From contig JAAPAO010000038.1 in NCBI GenBank assembly GCA_013115145.1, forward strand, positions 1 to 64,000: a DNA stretch of 64,000 nucleotides, written 5' to 3'. The notes below the pieces were generated by a model. The model made no database searches and was not told the DNA's origin. It saw nothing but the letters and a program-made list of their open reading frames with translations. Position numbers and translations under genes: made by a program. This document shows positions 52,982 to 64,000 of the stretch, one piece after another. The DNA is from Perkinsus chesapeaki ATCC PRA-425. Its lineage: Eukaryota > Protista > Perkinsozoa. The number at the start of each line of letters is the position of its first letter. The first letter of the stretch is position 1.

Positions 52982-54808
52982 ATGTTATCTCCTTTTGTCC
53001 TCCTCTTCGTTCACCTATTCGCATTAGCATTCTCAGCCTCCACATCTCAAGATGATATATTACTCAGGCAGTGGCCGATGGTAAGTTGGAAGGGCTTACT
53101 ATCGAAGGAGGGGTCCGGTCATTTAAATAGTTTTCGTATCTTAAAAAGTCTGTAGTGCGCCGAGGCTTTCTCCGGTAGTATCTTTGATGGCAACTACTGC
53201 CGCACTGGTGTGTTATTATGGTCATCTTCGGCCATCAAGTGGCATCATTCTAATCAAAGTCATCATCATTCCGTCGATCACTACTCCCCACGTTTTTGCA
53301 ATTCTTCTTCGGAGGGGCCTTAGACACTGGTAAGGATACCTAGTGGAAGAGTAGGACCTTTCCGGGCTTCATATCGACATGAAATGGTACCAATAATTAG
53401 TATCTTGTATGCTACAGTTAATTGGTAAACTACATTATCGCAACATTATGTAGATCGATAGCCCCGTCCAGTATCCACATTATTACTATTATCTCACCGA
53501 TTGAGTGTAATGATGATATTATATGATTCGAATCCTTAATCTATTCAAACTCTAACCGTCATGCCGCTCATGCATCTCTCCCTCCCTCCCCCGCCTCGTG
53601 AGTTTTTAAAAGTGCTGTGTCATTTTGTAAAGAGGATCGGTATGAGTCTGCTTAAACTACTCAGTGCTCGGCTGGATCTATTCATGTATCTAATTTGAAG
53701 TCATGAATCTGCCTATTCTGAAGTTCAGAAAAGACAGTCTTTCAACACCCCAAATCTGAAGCATTTAATAACATAGGCCAATTTCACTGGAATGCTAAGC
53801 CCCAATACAATCCTTCAAACTCTTCGTGGCAGTGTGCCTGCCACTCTCACCACTTCCACTGTATCTTATCAGGTTATGACCCATGACTCAGCAACTGGCT
53901 ACCTCAACGCCTCCCTAGACTTTTTTACCAAGATGGCCAAGACTCAAGTTGGCGGTTTCGCCAAGCAACTTGGCTGCGGTGCTCGAGCGTTCGATCTTCG
54001 TCCAGAATGCCATCCTAATCGTCAAGGCGATCTGAAGCTAACAATGCATCACGCTGAGATGGAAATCAAGTATCCTCTTAAGACCGCACTACAGGACATT
54101 ATTTCCTGGGCAAACGCCAATCCGTCCGAGCTTATCTTGGTTGGATTGAGCCATTACTCGCCCAATAACACTGATTGCCGTGAAGCCGTCTGGCAGCTCA
54201 CCGAGGAGCTTGGACTGATGAAATCGATTGGCAGCGGTTCCTGCCCGTCGTGTGGTGCGGTGACTGACATGTCGGTCGGTGAGGCGAAGAAGGCTTCGGC
54301 GATCGATGGAGGTGGACATGTGTTTGTCATTGAGGCAGATGATAACGCGTGTGTTGCTGAGAACTATGTACCGGCAATCACTTGCTACAACGAGAGCTCC
54401 TTCGCTGGTAACAAACCAGACGATTTCGGCGTGTGCTACCCTAGCGATGCGAAAGGAGGGTACAGTGAGTACGCTAATAAGCAGCTGTTCGACTATATAC
54501 AGAAAATGGCGGCATCGACGGCGGAGCGAAACAACAGTAAGCTGCAGATGAACCAAGCTCACTGGCAGTACAGTATACCTCTTTACACTGGTGTCGATGC
54601 TAAACATTCTAGCATTATCATGGACGAGTACTTCAGCGAAGTAAATAAGAGAGTTGTGGATCTCGTTGGCGATATGGAATTCTTGAACCTCCTTGAAGTT
54701 GACAATGTCTGCAACTACGGCCCACAGCTGCAAGATGCTGTTAACTCACGGATAGGTCGATTGACCTCAACCGCCGCCGAAGAGGATCATCGAGCTCTGC
54801 GACATTAA
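52982..54808 (+). CDS. Secreted PI-PLC X-domain (PLC-like phosphodiesterase) protein
   Basis: Signal-peptide exon MLSPFVLLFVHLFALAFSA, spliced to VMTHDSATG, KTQ...QLGCGARAFDLRP and LTMHH; both candidate catalytic histidines are present. Confidence 0.82.
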
Positions 54809-54938
54809 GATTCCCTAATTTCGGTATTGACTAATCTATCTTGACCCTTGAACAGCCGCATTTATATTTTTCCGAGATAGCAAATCTTGTTGTGTTTCAA
54901 GAGTAAGTCACAAGGGCTCGTCATCATCACCATCTTGG

Positions 54939-57900
54939 ATGCCCGTGTTTGAACCACCTTCCGAGAGTAGCAGCAGTGGATATGGCACACAGGGCTCAAG
55001 GCGACCTAGTCAGCATCAACAGAGTATCTTGTATCGCACTCTAAAGAAAATAAAAAGGTCTCTTGAATGTCCGGTGAATAATAATAACAACAAACTGGTG
55101 TGTAGATTTTTGAAATCGGCTTATAAGATACTTCTTACGTGCCTGGCGGCCACCGGCGATGCTTTGGATGCTGCCTTAGAGTAAGTCGAAGGGCGACCTA
55201 TTCCGTATCTTGCAGGGTTCAAGCTAAAATATCGCCTCAGGTATCTTGGAATACTAATGGTGGAGCTAGTGAAAGCAGTGGCTTGGCCATTCAAATGGAT
55301 CTGCCCGACTCCAGAGGTGCCTTTCTCTTAGCCATCTGTCCGTATGAAATATAATCCGGTTTTTCTATCAGATCTTACTCACCTTTAAAGATCGTCCCCT
55401 GGCCATGGTCCTTCCTATATTATTTGTATGTAACATCATAATGCTCCTTTACATTGTGTAAGTTCCTCTTTACATTCTCCCAGCTTGGAATATTATAATT
55501 CCAGTCGGCAGTGGAGTAACTTCTCGAGAATCGAGTCCACACAATATTTCAACCGAATCTCAGTGTAGTGAAGGACGTATACAAAATTTATAGGCTATGG
55601 TAATTGCTATGATTAGCAGTTGTGGAACCGGAGCAGCATCTGCAACTGGGTCTCCACGTTGTGCGTACTGTGGGCATGTTCTCCTATACGTTGGCAAAGG
55701 GGAGCAATTTCGGGGAATTAGGAAGCATCAGAGAGGCCACTTCCTACGGCGATTCGGAAAGGGAGTTCCTGAAGCCGAGCGTCAATACTTATCACATCGA
55801 ATCGGATGACGTTCCTTCCATTTTAGTTACGTCTTCTGTGTTATGCCCATATTAGGCATATCCCTATCAAGTTGGTCATCGATAGGCTTCCACCTTTCAT
55901 CCCTACTGGCTATGGTCTCGTATTACAGGGTGAGTTCTACGCTCTCTTCGTATGGTCTCAGTGAGGTCAGGTTGATACCGAATAGTTTTACTTCTCTTTT
56001 CGTTTCGTATTGTTACCGCTCTGACTGGCAAATTACGTAGCAGAAGGGTTCGTAGTTTTTTTGCTCACAGTATTGACAAGCTTTGCAAAGGATCGACTGT
56101 TAAACCACAAGCTTTCGGGGGATCAAACCGCCGCTAAGACTCGATCCTGTTAGGACGGCTGTCATCCGCTGCCGTCGCTGATTGGCTTAGTTTCCTATCA
56201 AACTGATTCATCCAATAGTCCTTCCGGCAGCCTCCCGTCGAGCCAAGCCAGAGTTCATGCAGAATTAATAGACTTGGCTAGTTCGTGATGATCCGATATC
56301 ATTCAGTTCCACTTCTGCGCTACTCAGCAGTTCTATAACCGTTTTCTCAGTGTGAATCATTAAGCGTACACTTCACCGGGAAGAGTCTACCCAATTATAT
56401 TGTTTATTTTTTCTTGTGGCAGCAGTACTCCTTTTACCGCGTAGACAGTAGCGCCGTACAGGAGTAAAGCTGTACACATGTTATATATAACATATAGTAT
56501 ATGTCATATACTGTATACAGCGTCAGTCCTTCGTAAAAGGGCGGAGAAGTGTGGTAACAAAATCATATTATATAGGAGTGTCCGTAATATAATACTGATG
56601 TTATTCACTTTTATTGCTGTCTAGTTCTATTGTGTCATCTGTCTCCCTTAGGGTGTGGTGACAGACCCGGGCAAGATACCCGAGGGTGGTCTCTGGTCAT
56701 CTTCTCCAGGAGGGCCATCACCGCCCAACATGTATGAAAGGAAGGCGAAAGACGGTAGCGTGAGGTACGATATCTCCGAAGCACACTTACGTACCGCTTC
56801 TTCGCTTTAGGTACTGTAATAAGGAGCACAAGTTCAAACCAGACCGAGCGCATTTCTGTTCCCCTATGGGAAGGAATGTTCTCAAAATGGACCACTACTG
56901 TCCGTGGCTTGCCAATAGTGTTGGATTCTACAATCATAAGTATACACATGTCTTCTTATATGATGTTGTGCAACACGTTTTCGATTGTGGTCTTTTCGAT
57001 ATAACTTAATTGTTACTAAGTAGGTACTTCTACCTTTTCCTACTTTACGTCGTTCTCGCCTGCAACACCGTGACCTGTCAAATCCTGCACGCTCTAGCCC
57101 ACCTTGCCTCGACAGGTGCATATGCATCCCAGCCAGGTAGCGAGCAGCTTATCAATGCTTTCACAACTACTCCCGCCTTGCACTTCTTACTTCATCCTTA
57201 CTCGGTCTGTTAACATCCGAGTCGGATGTCTCACACTACCACTACATATGGGTCTCAGTCACAGCTTCTTCAGACTACACCATACAGGCTACCACTAAGC
57301 CCTTGCCGCTATTTATGGCACGCCTGTGTATCTCTAACTTGATGTTTTGTTCCTCCGGAACGCTCTACCGAATCATCTACCCCCTTTATCATCCTTTCAG
57401 GGCAGCTCCTTTTCCTATTAGAAGGCCTGAGTATCTCCGGTCTCCTATCCGTCATAGTAACTCCCTTCTTCGCTTTCCACACATGGCTTATATCTAAGAA
57501 TGTCACCACGGTCGAGTAATGTTGTCATTTCAGAATGTTCGCTTTTCTGACACCTCTAGCTGTCCAGGTATTGTGAAAAGCGGCGTGATATTGGTGGTGA
57601 AAGTGGTAGCATCTCTAAGAATATAGTATCGAGGATGCCTGAGAGGTCTCCGTACGATATGGGTATCATTAAGAACTGGCAATCTGTGATGGGTGAGCCG
57701 TCCCTCATAGCACAACTGGTCTCAAAAAGCAATGTGCTTTTACTAGCTAATAATTTGCCCTTCTTCTGCAACTCTATCACGAATGAAGCAAGACCACTGA
57801 TACAGGATACGAACCGCAACGTGTCCCAAACTAATGGAGGGGTACAGTTTACAAAAATGCATACCGGACCAATTGTCTTCCAATTCCGATTCCTTGATAA

Positions 57901-57958
57901 TCAGTCATATCTTCTCGCGTCTTCGGAGCTTCCAAACCTCGGACTCTCCAACCTGTAG
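54939..57958 (+). CDS. DHHC-family palmitoyltransferase with a DHYC variant, multi-exon (ends approximate)
   Basis: [43 protein letters not shown]|[20 protein letters not shown] and [16 protein letters not shown], plus TM exons. Confidence 0.9.
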
Positions 57959-59901
57959 GCACCAATAGAACTGTTCGTGAGCTCCGCTCGCTGAACTTTC
58001 ACATCACATTTTGCCGAGCTTTATGCCTCGTAGAAGTATTTGAACTTCTGCATGTTAACCTCTATATAACTGTTCGTATTAACATGATTGTCTTACTGGT
58101 CGCGCAGGTAAGAACGTGATAACTTGGTTCATTCCGACCAGACCTCGAGGCCTCGGCAAAGGCCTTACTTTCCCGATTAATAAGGAGGCCCGAGAAATAC
58201 TCGAGAAAGGTTCGACAAAATCTTCTAGCATTCATTAAGTCGATGTAGATCTTGGCATCTCTGTGGCGATCCGGGGAGGCGACTTGGAGAGCGGTGGAAG
58301 CTCGCAAGGATCTGGGAGAGTTCAGCAAGCCACACTGATGGATAGCGAAGAGGATGATACAGATGCTGAGGTGGGTAGTTCGTAGCAGTACGTGGTGTGT
58401 GACCTAACTTGAACACAGTACAGAATTATAATAAATATAGAGTGAGCCACAGAGCTCGCATGGTGAGTGCAATTGCGCCGCTGAGAGGACTGTGCCACTC
58501 TGGCTGTTCATTTCCACTATCATGATCTCTCTGTGGCTTATTGTAGATGATTATGGTATGTCAGATGAAAAGGGCATTGGAACGTAGACAGCGGCAGCTC
58601 CAGGAGACGGTCTCTGAGCCCGAGGCTCCTCCCTCTCCTTCGTCTGTTCTACATCAACACGCAGCTTCTGGGAAAGGCTGTTGTGCCGGAAAAGGTGGAG
58701 AAACTCTTGTGGAGTATGGTCTGGCTAAAAGCAATGAATTCGCAGACTTCATATCGGTAAGAGTTTGTGCGTATAAGTCCGAGATAGCTGCACTCATCAG
58801 GGGCTCTATATTGGGGCGTGGAAAATCCTGTCCGAACCGAGCAAGCCAAAAAGGACGAAGACGCGCCGCCGGGGAAGCTCAGATGAGCGAAGGTCTCCAA
58901 TTCAGCCGGTAGGGTGATTTCATCAGTTTTTGTGGACTCGGATTCAACTTGCCCTTCAGAGATCCCCTCCGTCCTCTCCAGGGCTCGTGGAGACCGGCAG
59001 CCCGATCAACGTGGGGGAGCCCGACGCTGCTGCGTGACACACCTTCGATTACACGACTGATTTGCTATTGATAATCTCACCATTTCAAGAATTGCTTATT
59101 GTGTTAGCAGTTAGCGGCGACTGAACTAGGCAACGTACTCCACAAACACCGCTCTACGACAGGGAGAACTTTCTACTGAAAAGCGAACCCGCAATATGAC
59201 AGCTTGAGAGTACCTTGGAGAACCCCAAAGTTACCAGGGCGGAGGGATGATTGCGAAGCACGCTCGTACGGTAATGGCCATACCACGTTCCCTATGAAGT
59301 CTTCAACGAAGTCAGTGGATGAGACTATACCATTGTATCACTCATGCTCCTAATGCACGCTCAAAAGACATTTCCCGGCGAGTGCGAAGGTACCGCAGAG
59401 GTAGCTTAAATAATGAACCCGATGATGCACATCTGTGTCAGCTAAGGCCGGGGGTTCATCCAATGACTGTCAACTCTAATAACAAGGTCGCTCTCGGTGA
59501 AGCCAGTTCCCACGAAACGCACTGAAAGGTAGTTGCGTTTTCTTCTTGTCCCTCACGGTGGTAACAGCACCCCGATTGCGTGCATCCTTGCGGAAGGCTC
59601 GACCAGCCATTCTCACCCACGAGCAAATACAAAAGCATTTCGTTTTACGAGCAATACACTCATCTTCTCAAGCGCGGCTATTGGCCAAATGTACCTTGCG
59701 CCACATGGTTCACATGGCTTGTGATATCCTAAATTCTTTTATGGAGATACCGTGATACCTTTTCAAAGTGGGTGAGTCTTGCGTCGTAACCCGTTCACCA
59801 TGAAAGTTACGAGAAATGAGAACCCTGTATGTTTTTGGTCACCCACAGCAGCGTTTGTATCATGACGTTGTGTTAACAGTCAAGATCGTGACACTGTGAC
59901 G

Positions 59902-59920
59902 GTGACAGCAAATCTGTCAC
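59902..59920. promoter_or_regulatory. Palindromic GTGACAG-N5-CTGTCAC upstream of the secreted paralog at 60291
   Basis: gtgacagcaaatctgtcac; 18/19 identical to 61655-61673. Confidence 0.5.
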
Positions 59921-60290
59921 GACTGCAGTCAGAGATAACTGGCGTCAGGGCAAGTAAAATCACTTGGAGCCTCTAGGTGCTTTCTGGCTAGAGGTACCTT
60001 GAGTTTAAAAGTACCAGACGGTGAACTACGAGTTCGTTTGAATCCCAGCCGCTTGATCCGTTACTCTTTACTGTTATTGCTCGCGCTCCTAATTAAGCAT
60101 AACTGATGTCGTTCGCGAGTGTGTTAGGGTCGACTGTAGGCCCCTAGCCGACTCCGGCGGCCCGAGATATGGACTTTCGATAATGTGCCTTTGTCTGTTT
60201 TTTTACTCAGTTGTCTCATCCCAATTTTCTCCGGAAAGCCATTCCGGGAGAGTTCGACCTCCGCAGAACAGCAGCTACAACAAGCCCTAC

Positions 60291-60716
60291 ATGTTGGTGA
60301 TATCTATATTCATTTTCGTAACTTCGTGCTGGTTCATCCAAGCTGATGACATTGAAGAATTCTATTACAAAGAAATCGATAATAAGTACTGTGTGGAGAC
60401 CAAATTTGTGGCTCTCGATGTGCCTGGTGACATACCCAAGTTGACTCTGGTTATCTGGTCTGATGGGGTCAAATTGTATGAGTCGCCAGCCATGGACGTT
60501 GTGCCCAGTGGAGAGCACAGCTATATCATTCAGAGCGGCAACAGCCTGAAAATCTACAAAGAGTTCATGAATAAAGTGATCCCCAAATGTGAGGGTAAAA
60601 TAAAAGCTGGTGATTTGTCGTGGTTTGACAACACTCCTGACGATTTCACCATCAACAGCAAGGTTGGTGGTAATCCAGCGACGCTGATATGGGGATTCTG
60701 TCATGACGATGACTAA
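60291..60716 (+). CDS. Intronless small secreted protein (lineage-specific)
   Basis: Signal peptide MLVISIFIFVTSCWFIQA, 141 codons open, 3 Cys in the mature part; paralog at 61885. Confidence 0.75.
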   Translation: MLVISIFIFVTSCWFIQADDIEEFYYKEIDNKYCVETKFVALDVPGDIPKLTLVIWSDGVKLYESPAMDVVPSGEHSYIIQSGNSLKIYKEFMNKVIPKCEGKIKAGDLSWFDNTPDDFTINSKVGGNPATLIWGFCHDDD

Positions 60717-61280
60717 TGATTAGTCATCGATCAGGATTAGTCACTAATCCTCAATCGTCTAGAGTCATTGCCGATTTATCGGTGTATCAGCCTAGCATCT
60801 CATTGAGCAAGGAATAGTCTCGTCGAGTACCAATCTATTACGGCGTTAAGGCCTGTGAAGATCCTTAGTCATTAGCCCTTATCAGTTTACTTATTTATGT
60901 GTTGCGCTACTACTATAGAGTACAATAATATGCAATTACACGGATAATAACAGCAAGTACTATTAACGCCGAGCAAATAATGAGGAATAATTATGAGATA
61001 TGATGTATCGATTCAATACTACTGTTTCTCGATTTAGCAAGGAAGTTGCCAAAGATTAGTTATCTCACCACTTAGGGATGTTTGCGATGCCACTATGAGA
61101 GGGTCAATAGAACATTTCTCGAAGAACTTACCGGGATATCGTTCAATTGTATTTGGCACCGTGGCACAAGGTCCTTGCGTCCCGACCGGATTGTCTTGTG
61201 TTGCCGCTTCCAAGTTGACAGCTTCAACAACCATCCGAGGCGGAACAAGAATCCCATCTCGCAGGCAGTAATACGGTGAC

Positions 61281-61434
61281 GTTGTCGGTGACAACTAGGT
61301 GTAGTGAGGACTTGTCACTACACCTTCGGTAGTAAGGTGAACAGATTGAGACTTTATCCTCAAGCCGAGGTTACATATATTGTACAAGCGACAGAAGTGT
61401 GAGGCGAAGTCGGGCGAAGCCGACTGGCCAGTCG
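61281..61434. other. Cluster of short perfect hairpins/palindromes
   Basis: gttgtc-ggt-gacaac (61281-61295); aggtgtagtga-ggacttg-tcactacacct (61297-61325); agtcgg-gcgaag-ccgact (61408-61425); cgactggccagtcg (61421-61434). Confidence 0.6.
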
Positions 61435-61654
61435 ATGGTTTTAATACTCTGAATATTCAGACATATATAATACTTCCATCCGGGGTCGGCCAGTGTTTGA
61501 CACCACAGCTCTTAGTTGATTGCCACCACATAAATTGAGAACTAAAACTGGTGCTGTTAGGCCCGACCTGTCAGTAAAAAAGCGAAAGACTCCTCATCCT
61601 TTCGGCCAGTAGTGGAAAAGTTGGAATATAGACTGTGCCCCCGTCATCGTCAAA

Positions 61655-61673
61655 GTGACAGCAGATCTGTCAC
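61655..61673. promoter_or_regulatory. Palindromic GTGACAG-N5-CTGTCAC upstream of the pseudogene paralog
   Basis: gtgacagcagatctgtcac, 230 bp before the ATG at 61885. Confidence 0.5.
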
Positions 61674-61884
61674 AACAACAGCTTTACGTTTTAGGTATAT
61701 CTCACAGAAACCCGCCAAGGGTGCTTTAAACTCGAATTGAAGGGCTTTCGGCGATTTCCTCATCTCAGTCGTTTTTTCTCCCCTCAGTTGTCTTCCCTCA
61801 CTTTGAGAACTGACCCGTGCTACCCCACCATTGTTTATTGGTGGGCCACCAATAAACAGATCCTTGCATCACAGTCACTCCAAC

Positions 61885-62248
61885 ATGTCGATCATATCTA
61901 CTTTCCTTTTAATGACTTTTTACTGGTCTACTCAAGCCCAAGAACTGCCTGTGACCTTCTTCGCCAGTGCCAATGACAAATACCGCGTCGAAATTAGGTT
62001 TGCTCCAGGGTTGGTAAAAAAAACTGGCGCTGGCTGTCTAGTGCAACTCGGTCCCTTACTCATCAGAACAAATGGATGTTGTATTTACTGAACAGACAGC
62101 CTATGTCATTGCCGAAGGTGGTAGTAAGAAATGGTACGAAGAGTTCATGAAGGTTGTGGTTCCGGCGTGCAATGGCTTCGTAGTGGACGACGACTTATGG
62201 TCCTTTGAGCCTGGTGAAGATCAAGTCTCGATGTGGACGACCCGTTGA
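61885..62248 (+). pseudogene. Disrupted paralog of the 60291-60716 secreted protein
   Basis: Signal peptide and DKYRVE, then a frameshift in the A-run near 62016-62023. KLALAV*CNS aligns to KLTLVIWSDG; MDVV and YEEFMKVVVPAC align to MDVV and YKEFMNKVIPKC. Confidence 0.8.
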
Positions 62249-62888
62249 GGCTTAGAAGACAAACTAACGCGTGAGTTTTGCCAACCAAGGCAACCTTTTC
62301 TGGTATGGTGTTGCCGTTTTGCTTCCTTAAATTCTACATGTCGTAGATCTGTCTATCGGGTGCCTATCTGTTACCGTCGTTTAGACTCCATTCAGGTCCT
62401 TAGCTGTCACCCCTCATCGGTATACTAATGCATGTATTGCGTCATTATAGTGCAGCTCTCAAATGTCATAGCAATCAGTAACTTATAACGCGGACCAACG
62501 ATGGGAGAGATGCTGATTAATGACGTATCAGTTAGTAGACCGCGATGATGATGATGATTTAAATTACTTCATACTTTATCAATTGTCGAGTACAAAAATA
62601 GCTGTATAGATGCTTTTTCAGCACAAAGTGAGGGCTAAAGGGAGGCCAGATACTCTCCCATAAATTTTATTGTCGATAGGATTGAATCTGCGCAGGAAAA
62701 GTCCTCGTCACGAAGCAGCAAAAAGTTGCGTTACAATATCTCGATCATTCTGGTTTGGAGGTATCCCAACTTCTTGACAGCTTCGGGATAGAAGGGATCG
62801 AGAATTATATCTGTGCCATGCTTGGATAGTCTCGTCATAAACCTGTTATAGATCGCTCGTCAACTGGATCAATCATGTAAACCGAAAC

Positions 62889-63774
62889 TCACGGTATAGC
62901 ATCAATAGGAGAAAATTCGGGGCTTGCCAAATCCACTGTGTTCCCTCTAAAATGGAGGACCTGAACATAATTTGAAGTGAGTGTACTTGACGTAAGCTCA
63001 CCAATGGTAACATCAGTCCAACAGTTCCGCAATAGCTTCCTTTAGGGGTTGGCAGACCACCCTCGGCCGCCGCAACTGCCGGCCCCATATTTACAATTGA
63101 AGAGCGTTGATCCGTCAGTGGGGGAGTTGCCTGGATGTCCTCCGGAGTGCTTGCACCAAAAGACTCCCGTTTCTCTACCATACTGACTGTTGCAGGCAGA
63201 ATTTGCCCATTCGCTGATGGGGAGTTCGACTCAGTCGTTTGAGGCTCGCTTGTCGCTCCGAGAGCAGTTGAACTCGTACGTTCAAGAGTAGTCAATTCCG
63301 TAGGCTCGGGAGTAGTCCAAGAGATGAACTCAGTAACAGTTGGAGTGACATCGGTGAGACTGGGGCTTCTACCCGTATCTGATCAACGAATACAACTTTG
63401 TGAAACGGCTAGTAGAGATCTGACCTTCAATGGTAGAACTGCAGCGAATTGGCTCCTTTTCGGGGCAAGTTTCGTCGCGGGGACGGAAACAGGCTTCTCC
63501 AGATTTCATCCGATACCTGAATAAAGCGCTGATCAGATCGGCTGCAACCAACAAGTAACATCACAGTCCGAAACAGACCGGCTCCTCTTGCCACCATTTG
63601 CAGTATGATACGAAACCGTCACGACAGGCTGGAGTATTCTGACAGACCTCCTCACACTTCAACTGAAAAGAATACCGGTAACAACGGTGCAGTATTGGCA
63701 CCTACATCTATAGGATCTACGATAGCTGCTGCCAAGTGAATGAAGAAAGCACACCAATAGGCGATAAAATGCAT
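62889..63774 (-). CDS. Secreted/surface Cys-rich domain protein with a Ser/Thr-rich stalk (Perkinsus-type SYCK...PVCFGL family)
   Basis: Signal peptide MHFIAYWCAFFIHLAAA; spliced CEEVCQNTPACRDGFVSYCKWWQEEPVCFGL..YRMKSGEACFRPRDETCPEKEPIRC; S/T/P-rich stalk; hydrophobic GTVGLMLPLVL near the end. Confidence 0.8.
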
Positions 63775-64000
63775 TATAGTAAACGGAAATAAGATACTAA
63801 AGCGAAGGTAGGAACACATGATTTCAAACTAAACAAATCCTACGGAAAAGACCGTCTTTACCATAACAATGGCGATGATGAATAGATGAATGAATTGCAG
63901 CGGTAAAAACTTCATACTGTTACGGGCAACATATATATCGTCAAAAAGTTGGGAAAGAGCATCAGCACGATGTCGCGGTGATCTTCCCACCAGCCACGGT

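Noticed and set aside
54089-54733. 214-aa minus-strand ORF
   Set aside because: Antisense shadow of the PI-PLC exon.
56105-56140. Box B-like GCGGTTTGATCCCCCG on the minus strand in the DHHC gene
   Set aside because: Degenerate, with no oligo-T tail; not counted.
58062-59760. Several short ORFs in both orientations
   Set aside because: Frequent stops in all frames and no recognisable homology; probably decayed sequence.

Overview
Eukaryotic, gene-dense, intron-rich nuclear DNA, not prokaryotic: introns are short (mostly 40-100 nt), GT-AG with two clear GC-AG cases, and there are no operons, rRNA, CRISPR or intact tRNA genes. Most likely a Perkinsus (perkinsozoan alveolate) scaffold; this is an inference from the alveolate-type Ran, the intron style and a lineage-typical 'SYCKxWxxxPVCFGL' secreted domain. 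Recognisable genes: Ran GTPase, peptidyl-tRNA hydrolase 2, Tim44, an F-box/LRR protein, LRRC6/DNAAF11, an ammonium transporter, an atypical MAPK, two tandem LARP4-like La-motif/RRM genes, a secreted PI-PLC X-domain protein and a DHYC-variant palmitoyltransferase. Also present are tandem lineage-specific paralog pairs (truncated kinases, secreted proteins) and decayed hAT-like and possibly Mutator-like transposase relics. The main unexplained signal is 14 degenerate tRNA 3'-portions (T-arm, acceptor strand, oligo-T, no CCA) that appear to derive from several different tRNAs. Eleven lie in sense orientation inside spliceosomal introns of six different genes (one of them duplicated), and several make up essentially the whole intron, with the T-loop A58 placed 20-31 nt upstream of the 3' AG. 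This suggests introns built from tRNA pieces. All exon and intron boundaries were read by hand, so small coordinate errors are possible.
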